Below, piece after piece: positions 22,183-31,610 of a DNA stretch of 64,000 nt. The notes beneath the pieces were generated by a model that saw only the letters and a list, made by a program, of their open reading frames with translations, was not told the origin of the DNA and made no database searches. The stretch is taken from positions 62,001 to 126,000 of IMG/VR virus record IMGVR_UViG_3300034358_000008; one strand, 5' to 3'. Numbering within the stretch: position 1 is the stretch's first letter; each line of letters opens with the position of its first letter. The position numbers and the translations under genes were made by a program.

Positions 22183-23732
22183 ATGTTAAGATTCATGCCG
22201 TCGCCTGTGTTTCGCTTCAACGAGCAGTTATTGGTGTTGATGACCTATGAAGGCGGTCGTAACGTGGACCCACGCAAACGGGTGTTCGTGAACTCGATTG
22301 AGGACGGGCTAGCCTTTCACACCATGGCGCGTTTTCATGAGGTCACTATCCGACTTATTGAGAGTGGTATTGCTCGGGTTATTTACACCGACAACGCCGC
22401 CCGCGATGCAGTCATTGTTCATAAAGACTACGACCGGAAAGACATTCAGGAAATCGCCGAGGATATCGTCGGTTATCTGGAAGATCGTTTTGATCCAGCT
22501 GCTACTGAAGAGGTGGTGTAATGGGCAAGATCATTCTGCGTGGTATGACGAGTGCAATCAATGATGTTCTGGAAGAAGTGAATATTCTACTGGAACCCCG
22601 TGACTACAATCTGACCAGTTACTTCATCGGTAACAGCATCAGCTTTATCCGCGTCGGTATGATCCGTACCGTTCAACTCCGTTCTCATTCCGGGCACCGG
22701 GTAATGGTTACTCTCAACCTGCCTTCTATGGAACTGAAAATCCCATTCGATAAACCTACCGGTCTTAAGGAAGCTGCGATTTATATCGCGGATAGTTTCC
22801 TGCCACGCATACTGACTCTACCTGAGCGTGACGCCATTTACGAGGAGCGTTGTGAACGGATGGAGCAGGAAGCGATCAAGAACGAAGTGATGTATCCACA
22901 CGTAATGCGTCTTCTGCGGATGCCGGGTGAAACGAACGACGATCGTCACAAGGCTCTGGACTTCCGTGGCGTTCCTCGCTTCGGCCAAGAAATCAATACT
23001 CAAGAGGTTTAAATAATCATGGCACTGAATATTAGTGGTTCCGTTGTAATGGCTGAAGTAATGGCATTCAATGACCGCCTTACTAAAGCAGCTAAATCCG
23101 TAGACATCAGTGGTATGGATGTTTACCACACCATCAACACGAACATCGGTAACCAGTGTCTGGCTTATTCTTTGGATAAGCGCCGGGTTGAAGTAAGTGT
23201 GCAACATACTGACATGATGTTGACTTACTATCTCGATCGCGTTCAGGTGTTGGATTCTACATTCCCGCAACGTGAGATGGATGCCCAGGTAAATGGTGCA
23301 TTGCGCTGGTTGTTGGGTATGCCGATTTGCCTTGATCCATTGCCGCAAGAAACCATCCGCATCGAAAGTCCAGAAGACGGTAAAGACTACAGCACTGTAG
23401 ATCTGGTTGTTCAGATCAACTCCAGTTTCGAAGTCAGTAAGCTGTACGCTGAAGTGAAAGAGAAAGGCTGGGTCTATCAGCAGGATATGGGTGGCCCATT
23501 GAAAATGGTTGGTACTATTGCCAAACATCAGCTTTGGGTAATGCCTCAAATTCACACCATCAACGGTGTGAAGGTTTTGTACATTCAACCGACCAGTGCT
23601 TTCGTTCACTGGGATATGGTTGAGGAATGGGTTAAGCAACGTGTGCCTGAAGACACTCCAATGTTGAGTGAGCCAGGGCGCATGATCTGTGAAATCCGTG
23701 ACATCGCTGACAGCCGTAAAGAAGCCGCGTAA
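22183..23732 (+). other. Hypothetical ORFs 22183-22521, 22521-23012, 23019-23732
   Basis: RBSs and coupled stops/starts. Confidence 0.7.
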
Positions 23733-23735
23733 TAT

Positions 23736-23780
23736 AGCCCCCTCCGTAATGGAGGGGGTTACTCTTTCTTTTTTTCTTTT
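23736..23780 (+). terminator. Intrinsic terminator
   Basis: CCCCCTCC-GTAAT-GGAGGGGG plus T-run. Confidence 0.8.
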
Positions 23781-23818
23781 ATCTTGTGTATCCAATAACT
23801 TTATCGAGGTCTGTAGCT

Positions 23819-24634
23819 ATGAGTTGTTGCAACCCTAGAGGAGTCCCAGATTCAGACATTCCGTTTGAACATCTAGGATGTCCTTGTGACACTTGGTCTC
23901 ACCTGAAAGATATGTTCGTCTATTTAAAAGATGAACGTGCTGGTGGAGTACCATGCAAACCTGAACAATTCAAAGTTCAGTGGACCGGTATCGATGCAAT
24001 GACTTATATGTTCGTTGTGACCGATAACATTACTGGCGAGATAATCGAATACAGCGTGACTAAGGAATTCACCAAGGAATCTCCTGAGCAAGCGTTTGAG
24101 CGCGATTGGCGCTTCAGAGAACTCGTGTATAACCGTGGCGTTAATCGTGCCATGGAGGACCTCCTAGAGGCCATGGAAGAAACGAATACGACTACATTGT
24201 ACAAGCTGTCCCGTGTACCAATGAAGTCACATGTAATTCACAAACCAATACAAGAAGATCTGGGGGTTATCGTATTCCAAACCGATTACCTACCAACATT
24301 CCGTCATGCTGAACCGATGACGAAAGATCAATGGAATGATTTCTATAGCGACATGCCTATCCAACTCCCCGATATCGTTTCGAAAGTGGCCTATGGTACG
24401 GATGTACTGTTGAAGCGCTTCCGTAAGATCGGGGTTAAGTTCCTTCGCATCGAACACGAAGAACTAGAAGATCTGAAACGGTTCACGATTGTAGGGGTAG
24501 CCTACCGTGACCACTCCACTGATACTGAGGTACGCATCCGCTATCAGGAGATGGATTTGGATAACCCAATCCTTCGCGCATACCACACGTACTTTACTAC
24601 GAAAGGACCACAGAATGGCTTTTTCAATTGCTGA
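23819..24634 (+). CDS. Hypothetical protein with Cys-rich N-terminus
   Basis: GAGGT RBS before MSCCNP. Confidence 0.65.
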   Translation: MSCCNPRGVPDSDIPFEHLGCPCDTWSHLKDMFVYLKDERAGGVPCKPEQFKVQWTGIDAMTYMFVVTDNITGEIIEYSVTKEFTKESPEQAFERDWRFRELVYNRGVNRAMEDLLEAMEETNTTTLYKLSRVPMKSHVIHKPIQEDLGVIVFQTDYLPTFRHAEPMTKDQWNDFYSDMPIQLPDIVSKVAYGTDVLLKRFRKIGVKFLRIEHEELEDLKRFTIVGVAYRDHSTDTEVRIRYQEMDLDNPILRAYHTYFTTKGPQNGFFNC

Positions 24635-24974
24635 CAAATTCGAGTATGACCTAGCTGCTGTAGCTACTGCTAAAATGCTTCCCTTGACTGTAATGAAGCG
24701 TTTGGTTATGAAGCTATTTAACATGGCTCCGTTTGCTACGATCCCAGACAAGATCTTCTTTGTTGAAGAATCTAAAGCATTTACTCCAGTCGTCAACGAC
24801 AAAGGTGAAACCCTTGATACAGTACGTACACAACGTTTGCTGTTGAATGGGGAAGACTCCGTTATTATCGGTTTGCGTCCAGGTGAAGGTACAGATGCCG
24901 CTTCGGTGACGACCTATATCTTCAAAGCTCAACCCGGTGTGTATGACTTGAGTGTGTGGCTCCCCGCAGCGTAA
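24615..24974 (+). CDS. Hypothetical protein
   Basis: AAGGA RBS before MAFSIA. Confidence 0.6.
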   Translation: MAFSIADKFEYDLAAVATAKMLPLTVMKRLVMKLFNMAPFATIPDKIFFVEESKAFTPVVNDKGETLDTVRTQRLLLNGEDSVIIGLRPGEGTDAASVTTYIFKAQPGVYDLSVWLPAA

Positions 24975-24977
24975 TAA

Positions 24978-25010
24978 TAGCCCCTACCTTCGGGTAGGGG
25001 TTTATGCCGT
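24978..25010 (+). terminator. Intrinsic terminator
   Basis: CCCTACC-TTCG-GGTAGGG. Confidence 0.8.
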
Positions 25011-25012
25011 TC

Positions 25013-25047
25013 AATACAATTTATTTCAAATTTATATCATGGTTGGG
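25013..25047 (+). promoter_or_regulatory. Early promoter
   Basis: AATACAA-N13-TATATCAT. Confidence 0.7.
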
Positions 25048-25070
25048 TAATCTTGATCAACGAGGCTAAC

Positions 25071-25385
25071 ATGAAGGTAGGTCAGAATGTAAAAGATAAA
25101 TCTTACCTAGGGTATCGAGAAGGCCTTCTGTATGGACACGATATGGTTATCCACCATTTGATTTCTAGTCGTAAGTGCGCCTTACATTACCGTGATAAAC
25201 GTGCAGTTGAGTGCGGTCCTTATATCGGTGAGTCATTCCGGGAAGCCGATCGTGCAAACGGGTTGTCTAAATTCGTCCGTGAGAGTAATACGTGTAGCGA
25301 TGTCGAACTCAGATATGTATCCGATGCTAAAGCTAATGCTCATACACGTGGCAGACATGAACTAATAGACCTAGGTAGGAATTAA
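25071..25385 (+). CDS. Hypothetical protein, RxRxE paralog family
   Basis: YLGYR near the N-terminus; AKANAHTRGRHE near the C-terminus. Confidence 0.6.
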   Translation: MKVGQNVKDKSYLGYREGLLYGHDMVIHHLISSRKCALHYRDKRAVECGPYIGESFREADRANGLSKFVRESNTCSDVELRYVSDAKANAHTRGRHELIDLGRN

Positions 25386-25386
25386 C

Positions 25387-25650
25387 ATGGTCGAAAAGAT
25401 CAGACTCTACATGGGTGTGCGTAGTGGCGTTATCTGGTACAGCGATAGTGAGCAACGTAAAAACGGTGGGTCACGGGGACTAGATAAAGTCTACGGATGG
25501 CGTGGACTTGAACACGCAAATCGTGAAACTGCATCAGACGACTACTACGTTAACGCTAGTAGACGAGAACGATTTTACGAGGGAGTTGATCAAAATCAAG
25601 CTCGACGAAATGGCCCCCATCGCGATAGACAGGAATGTGAATTCTCATGA
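25387..25650 (+). CDS. Hypothetical protein, RxRxE paralog family
   Basis: YMGVR...ARRNGPHRDRQE. Confidence 0.6.
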   Translation: MVEKIRLYMGVRSGVIWYSDSEQRKNGGSRGLDKVYGWRGLEHANRETASDDYYVNASRRERFYEGVDQNQARRNGPHRDRQECEFS

Positions 25651-25850
25651 TTAGTAAAGGTAAATTCCGACATCTGCGTGAGTTGTATGGTTACAATGAT
25701 TTCGTGATGTATAAAGATCTTAAGACTGGTTTCTCCACAGGTTATCATCGTGGGAAGGTCTATCACAACATGTATCCGATTAGCGGTGGTGGTCCAGCAT
25801 TCGACTGCACCGGTGTAAACGTAACTCTTAATTATCGAGTAGAGGTGTAA
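25647..25850 (+). CDS. Hypothetical protein, SKGK-leader family
   Basis: MISKGKFRHL. Confidence 0.6.
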   Translation: MISKGKFRHLRELYGYNDFVMYKDLKTGFSTGYHRGKVYHNMYPISGGGPAFDCTGVNVTLNYRVEV

Positions 25851-25851
25851 C

Positions 25852-26067
25852 ATGGCTAAGCGTAATAACTTCAAACGTATCCGTAAGATTGCTGACATCA
25901 CTGAACACAACCGCAAGTATGCTTTGCTTCAGGCTGAACAGAATAGTCCTGAAGCTCTGGAACATAAGGTCAGTGAGTTACATGGTGCAATGCGTATCCT
26001 TCCAGCTGAGTCTCCACCAAAACAACCTGCACCTTCGCTGGGTGAACTCTTCAGCTTCTGCAAGTAA
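25852..26067 (+). CDS. Hypothetical protein
   Basis: GAGGT RBS. Confidence 0.6.
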   Translation: MAKRNNFKRIRKIADITEHNRKYALLQAEQNSPEALEHKVSELHGAMRILPAESPPKQPAPSLGELFSFCK

Positions 26068-26077
26068 GGATTGAACC

Positions 26078-26266
26078 ATGTTCTGGATAATCTTGGGTAT
26101 CATTTGTCTGACATGCGGTATCCTTCTCGCAACGAGTACGTTTGTATTAAGTAGTTCGAATAACAACTTCAGTACGAAAGATCGGATCGAACTGTATACC
26201 CTTTCGCTGCTGCTTTATGTCGGGGGCATCTATGGCATCATCAGTAACGTCTGTCCGGGGACTTAA
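26078..26266 (+). CDS. Small membrane protein with 2 TM segments
   Basis: Two hydrophobic stretches; AAGGA RBS. Confidence 0.65.
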   Translation: MFWIILGIICLTCGILLATSTFVLSSSNNNFSTKDRIELYTLSLLLYVGGIYGIISNVCPGT

Positions 26267-26615
26267 CAAAGGGAATAGACGGTATAAGAACCGTTGCTAT
26301 GAGCAACCGCGTGTTGCCTCTAACGGCATGGGTTGTGAGTGGACACATAACTACTTCCGTGATGAATGGACCTCGCGATTAGATCCACCCGATTCCTCTC
26401 GACGTACTGAAGCTGATGGCCATGAGGAAACTCCTGAGGCTCACCGGACCGGAGTGGATTTCTGGGGTAGGGCAGGTCTACGTGATGGTCAGGGTGCCTG
26501 TCTATTCATAGGTGCGTTTGAGGTTAGCGCTATACGCGATAACGATTGGCACCGTAAACGTTCTGAAGATTGCATTAACCCACCTGACGATGATGAGGAT
26601 TGGATAGATGATTAG
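26217..26615 (+). CDS. Hypothetical protein, RxRxE paralog family (start uncertain)
   Basis: AIRDNDWHRKRSE motif. Confidence 0.5.
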   Translation: MSGASMASSVTSVRGLNKGNRRYKNRCYEQPRVASNGMGCEWTHNYFRDEWTSRLDPPDSSRRTEADGHEETPEAHRTGVDFWGRAGLRDGQGACLFIGAFEVSAIRDNDWHRKRSEDCINPPDDDEDWIDD

Positions 26616-26877
26616 CAAAGGTAAGCGTAGGTTTCTGGTTCGACTTAACCTCCTGACGGTGTTGTGCGCTCAGCACCGGAAAGATGGTCAGATCGATTTA
26701 TTTGGTTGGGCTAAGTTGGCAGCTTTGAAACCTCGGTTGCGCTATCGGACTACTACCCCTAGAAAACCTTGGGTAATGCCAACGCTGGCTACACCAGAAA
26801 CGCATGCAAAACTCAGAGAGATCCAGAACAACATAATGGCGAGGTACCGATCTAATGTCGAAAATATCCAAGGGTAA
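26608..26877 (+). CDS. Hypothetical protein, SKGK-leader family
   Basis: MISKGKRRFL. Confidence 0.6.
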   Translation: MISKGKRRFLVRLNLLTVLCAQHRKDGQIDLFGWAKLAALKPRLRYRTTTPRKPWVMPTLATPETHAKLREIQNNIMARYRSNVENIQG

Positions 26878-27187
26878 GCGACGCTATCTATTACGGATGT
26901 ATCGTAGTTGGGTAGAGCTTCGAAGGCTCCGTGAGATATTCGGTCACCCTATTCTCAATCATGAATTTTTGAGTATCATGAATAAACGCTGGGTCGATTT
27001 AATGAGTCAGTGGCGCATGAATAGTCAAAAGCTCCTTGATGGTCTGGGTGCACCGGAGTCGTATATGGTGGCTACTCTACCAATGCGTCGTCAACGTGTT
27101 ATCGAAATAAACAAGAGCACTGGGTTACCACGCGGTGGATTACCCATGGTTACGTTGTTCACCGAGAAAGGACCAGTCAATGACTAA
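26855..27187 (+). CDS. Hypothetical protein, SKGK-leader family
   Basis: MSKISKGKRRYL; GAGGT RBS. Confidence 0.6.
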   Translation: MSKISKGKRRYLLRMYRSWVELRRLREIFGHPILNHEFLSIMNKRWVDLMSQWRMNSQKLLDGLGAPESYMVATLPMRRQRVIEINKSTGLPRGGLPMVTLFTEKGPVND

Positions 27188-27392
27188 TCTTCCAGCAGTT
27201 ATCCCACCATCATTTCACATACCCCTGGTATCGCCATATGGATCGACTGCACAAATGGTCCGTAATACCATGGCTAGGGTGTATGCTGGTATTATGTTAA
27301 TGGGTGTGACTCCAGGGGTAGCTCCAGAAGACCTTCCAAAGCATCGTAAGCTCATTGAGGACGTTCTGCATGTCACGAGTAAGCAAGGGTAA
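27180..27392 (+). CDS. Hypothetical protein
   Basis: AAGGA RBS. Confidence 0.55.
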   Translation: MTNLPAVIPPSFHIPLVSPYGSTAQMVRNTMARVYAGIMLMGVTPGVAPEDLPKHRKLIEDVLHVTSKQG

Positions 27393-27960
27393 GATCAAGC
27401 ACCTATGGGCATTGTACGGCGTTTGGGATATTGTTAGTCACCATCGGTTGATGGATGAATATACTCAATTCATTGCCACGGCAAAGCGATGGGAAGCGCG
27501 GTTGCATGACCCTAAGGTGGTTTCTCGGATATCGCGGTTCAGGGATGCAGTGGATCAACGTCTGGTTGAACCAATGGTTCAACAGATCGCTACCAAAGGT
27601 TACTACGATGGTTGCCGTAAGTTGGATAGTGAGTTTGATTTAGAAGTGTTCATTGATATCAAACGGATGGAAAACCTAACGCACCTGACCTATTCCCGTG
27701 GGAAGCATCACCATCATTCCCTGAAAGATAAAGTTATTACTTACGACATAAAGCCCGATATCCTAGAGGCGATGTCAAAACCAGTCATACGTAAGTCAAC
27801 TATGTCTGGTGCGATTTATGCAGAAGGTAGCCTTGACCGTATAGCGCATCTCGACATTGCCGACACCTACCCTAAGACAATTACCGTGACCGATGAAGAA
27901 TGGCTTGAACGGGAGTTGTGGGTTATTCACGGGAGATGTGATGAGACGTCCTCAACGTAA
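27370..27960 (+). CDS. SKGK-leader mosaic protein with DnaB-like and PolB motif A-like fragments
   Basis: MSRVSKGKIKHL; KGYYDGCRKLDSEFDLEVFI...RGKH; LDIADTYP. Confidence 0.6.
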   Translation: MSRVSKGKIKHLWALYGVWDIVSHHRLMDEYTQFIATAKRWEARLHDPKVVSRISRFRDAVDQRLVEPMVQQIATKGYYDGCRKLDSEFDLEVFIDIKRMENLTHLTYSRGKHHHHSLKDKVITYDIKPDILEAMSKPVIRKSTMSGAIYAEGSLDRIAHLDIADTYPKTITVTDEEWLERELWVIHGRCDETSST

Positions 27961-28186
27961 AGACCTCTACTATGGTTTCAGGAGTCAGGACTATGCGATG
28001 AGACCTGAATATTTTTACGGTCGTCAGTTAAGGACCAGTAAACCTGAACGTGATTGTCAATACGATCTTGAACGCAATGACGTGTGTTACGATGAGGGAG
28101 ATGGACCTAGGCATTGGATGTCTTTAACCGTTGCTCGTGACAACCAGTGTCAGCGTGGTAGGCATGAAAACTTCTATGCTCCATAA
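27941..28186 (+). CDS. Hypothetical protein, RxRxE paralog family
   Basis: YYGFR...ARDNQCQRGRHE; GGGAG RBS. Confidence 0.6.
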   Translation: MRRPQRKDLYYGFRSQDYAMRPEYFYGRQLRTSKPERDCQYDLERNDVCYDEGDGPRHWMSLTVARDNQCQRGRHENFYAP

Positions 28187-28390
28187 AATGCGCGCCCGGC
28201 GCATAAGTAATTCTAGGTAAAGCAATTTACATCGATAAATTAGTTTATCTAAAGAGCTTTTGTAATTTGCTTTTTAGATAAATTACTTAGATATAAATAG
28301 TATATTATGAGAGGGGGCCTTGGGGGCCCTCGAATAATATTCCTTATTCTTAGTATAGCAAGAGCTATACGCATTATGCCCTATGGGAGT
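28187..28390. repeat. AT-rich intergenic region with nested inverted repeats
   Basis: TAAGTAATT/AATTACTTA, AGCAATTTACA/TGTAATTTGCT (imperfect), GATAAA/TTTATC, GTATAGC/GCTATAC and others. Confidence 0.7.
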
Positions 28391-28394
28391 TAAC

Positions 28395-30338
28395 ATGCAA
28401 CATTACTATCGCGTTAAGCGTGCCAATGGACTTGTGTCTACCTTACACACTTACTGTGACTGGGACAAAGTCATAGCGGAGTACGGAGATGATCTAATCG
28501 GGGAAATGAATGGTCGTGGAGTATTCCAACGCATCAATGTTCCATCTGCTATCCGTGGTCAAATCAATGAGCTATTACTTTCCATGAATGAAAATAACAT
28601 TCTTGAGGTTAATCAAAAGATCACTGAACTACATGACAGTGTGTTGAAGCGTGAAGAACCATTACCGGATTATCGATTCCATCAGTACTCCTTAATGCAG
28701 CTACAACAGGATTACTATAACGAGGTAATCATTCCATCCCTATATCCAGAGGTAAAATGCAAAGTGTGTGAATCCCCTATGTTGGAAAGTGTATTCCCTG
28801 ATCTGTTCTTCAAGTTAGACGCTATGAAAAATAAAGTACAAGCTGATCCTAAGGGTAATCCAGTACGTACCGATATACAACTGATCCTACCTGACTTCTT
28901 CAAGAATGTAGGTGGTCAAACAGTCGTTGATACCGATGCAGTCGATGAACGTAATCGTCGTATAGCAATGAGACGTACTGCTGATGCTGTATTCAGTGGT
29001 CATAAACCGGGAACTACTCCTGATCCAGTGATTGATAAACGAGTGGATGAATTCAGTGCTATGTTTGAAGCACAGTCTGTAACTACCCCTGAAGAAGGTG
29101 GTATTACTGTCGTCCTACCGTATAGCGGGATCGAACTAAATTTGAAAGCACCGACTCAAGAAGATATGTACGCTTCAACAACTACAACTTTTGAATTCCT
29201 TGATCGGATTGGCATTAACCTTTTCGGAGAAGAATGGAAGAACATGAGAACCCCTAGACCCGTGGAACTGTCTAAGACAATCGAACCAGTGGTTCAGAAG
29301 ACCGCTTACGAACTGTGGCTGGAAGATGGTAACGTGGGTGAGATCGAAGATTACATTAGCGAATGTGGTCGGTATCGACGGTCTCCTTCGCTTTACCCTG
29401 AAGACTTCAAAGAAACCGTTAAGTATTTCCATAAGCAAGGTGGCCACAGTGTGGTCATCCGTAAAGATAACTACGGTGGTTACGCGCTGAGTGTTTACCC
29501 AGCTAAGACTAAAGACACATGCAAACGGCCAGAAATTAAAGGGGTAATCCTTAAAGGTTCTAAACCCCCAATCCAAATTGATGATGGTGAAGTACGTTCC
29601 CATATCAAGAATTTCGTAGAAGCTCAATACGAACCACATCTTGCCGCACAGGTACTCGAGAAATTGGATACGATTGCTGAAGTAGAGAAGAAACCACTCG
29701 TGGCCATCCTGCCACCCCATCTGAGCCGTATCATCGATTCATTGAAGTTCGGTAAAGGTCACATCGAAGCTGCTGTTGCTATGCTCAAAGACATTCAGAG
29801 TAATAATCCTACAGTAGCAGAGTCCGGTGAATATGACCAAGTTAAGGTTGATACCGAATTCACTACTGGTTATGAAGCCGTCTTTGAAGAAATAGCTCGC
29901 GAAGAGCAGGTAAAAGTAGATGCCGCTTCAACTGTACCTTCCTTGGCCCAATACGACGCTGTCCTTGAGCAGCTTACATGGGAAGCCGAACGTCGCATTC
30001 TGATCGGTACTAGCTCCTACGGTATTCAAGAACAGTTCCTTCGTTTCCTGAAACGTTGTGATGAAGAACAATTGAATACAGCTACACCATCGGCTTACGA
30101 TCGTGAACACTTCGACAAGATCTATAAAACTAACCGTGACAGTATCGGTTACATGTTGGCTACGGTGTTGACACCACATCTGGAGAACGCTGCTCATCGT
30201 CGAGAGTACATGGTCGATGGTACCGAGAACAATGTGCTCCGCGTATCACGTATTTGCCATGGTCGTAAAGGTGCTTCGTATCGTCCATTGGTAACCATTC
30301 GGTTTGTCAAAGGTTTCTTCAATATCGAAATGCATTAA
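28395..30338 (+). CDS. Large mosaic protein with chimallin-like, tail-fibre-like and DNA-polymerase-like segments
   Basis: About 650 aa; GGGAG RBS; motifs detailed in findings. Confidence 0.65.
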   Translation: MQHYYRVKRANGLVSTLHTYCDWDKVIAEYGDDLIGEMNGRGVFQRINVPSAIRGQINELLLSMNENNILEVNQKITELHDSVLKREEPLPDYRFHQYSLMQLQQDYYNEVIIPSLYPEVKCKVCESPMLESVFPDLFFKLDAMKNKVQADPKGNPVRTDIQLILPDFFKNVGGQTVVDTDAVDERNRRIAMRRTADAVFSGHKPGTTPDPVIDKRVDEFSAMFEAQSVTTPEEGGITVVLPYSGIELNLKAPTQEDMYASTTTTFEFLDRIGINLFGEEWKNMRTPRPVELSKTIEPVVQKTAYELWLEDGNVGEIEDYISECGRYRRSPSLYPEDFKETVKYFHKQGGHSVVIRKDNYGGYALSVYPAKTKDTCKRPEIKGVILKGSKPPIQIDDGEVRSHIKNFVEAQYEPHLAAQVLEKLDTIAEVEKKPLVAILPPHLSRIIDSLKFGKGHIEAAVAMLKDIQSNNPTVAESGEYDQVKVDTEFTTGYEAVFEEIAREEQVKVDAASTVPSLAQYDAVLEQLTWEAERRILIGTSSYGIQEQFLRFLKRCDEEQLNTATPSAYDREHFDKIYKTNRDSIGYMLATVLTPHLENAAHRREYMVDGTENNVLRVSRICHGRKGASYRPLVTIRFVKGFFNIEMH

Positions 30339-30349
30339 GGGGTAAAGCC

Positions 30350-31568
30350 ATGAGCTGCTTGTCTTTGGGTAATTGCGGAAGTTGCTGGGATAATCCATGC
30401 ACTTGCGGTATGAAAGGTTTTAGCGATACAACACTTGAATGCTTACGCACTGACGAGCTGCTGGTACTCCAAGCTAAGATCACTTCAATCATTAACAAAC
30501 GTAGCCAGTCGGTTAGCTATGCCGCCCATACAACGGGTAAGGTAATCGACCGGTCTCACCATTCAGTTATTCAACACATCAATGGTAGTCCATTCGATGT
30601 ACTCACCACCAAACATAAAGGTTAATTCAATGCCAACTTTCGAAACCACTGAAAAGAACATCAACTTGAACGCCACTATGCAAGATGCCATCGATGAAGG
30701 TCGTGGTTTGGTATTGACGGTTGGTGTGAATAACTATGCTAAGCTGTCGATTGAAGCAGCAGTAGAAGAGGAGACTACCAATGCCCGTTGAGCGTGATGT
30801 AATCGTAGAAGCCTTGGGTGCAATGACTACACCTATCGAAATGGGTATCTTGTTGCAAGCGAGTTATGAAGACGGCATCCCACTGACTAACCATCAGGCT
30901 CGTGAGATCGCCCGTATCTCGGAAAAGTGTATTCAGATTGATGGCTTTTACACCATGAACAATATGACTGATGGTAAAGGGACTGTCTTCACTTTCTTCA
31001 ATCGCGAAGGATTGATTCTTAGTACCATCATCCTTAATTTTCCTAACGTAGCCGTTGAGCGTAAGATTCCATCGTTGCGTGATGTGAAGACGTGGTTTAA
31101 TTACATCGGTTACCATAACGAACGTATTGAAATTAAGATGCTTCAGACTCTGATCGAATCACACATCCGCGATGGCGGTAGCTTCAACCACTTCATTACA
31201 TCAAATGCATTGACCTTCACTCTCCGTATGAATGGTCATGTTAAATCCCGTTATGAATTTATGCGTGAGGATCTATCAGCGTGAGTAATCCAGGTATCGG
31301 TTTTGCAGAACACCAACGCACTGTGATCTTTATGTGCCGTGAGACTATCACGTCGATCATGAAAGAGACTGGCGTTAATACACTTAAAGGCTTCAACAAT
31401 CTTGCCCAACAAATGGTTAAGGTTATTGGTGCTGAGCGTGGCATTAAGATCAAAGAAGGCGAAGAACATCTGTGGGCACTGGGCACGTTGGCTAAAGACG
31501 ATGCCCCGTATCTGGCTAGTTACCTGACTGGTAATGAGCGTTCTGAGATCGTAGACCTGCGTGCTTAA
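30350..31568 (+). other. Hypothetical ORFs 30350-30625 (Cys-rich), ~30630-30791, 30781-31284, 31281-31568
   Basis: Same-strand packed ORFs. Confidence 0.6.
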
Positions 31569-31610
31569 GTCTACTCAGCTGTAGAACAATATGTTTCACT
31601 AATCAATTGC

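Noticed and set aside
26855-27187. RecA-like words (APES, RVIEI, GLPRG/GGLPM)
   Set aside because: Very short and out of order; cannot be distinguished from chance without statistics.
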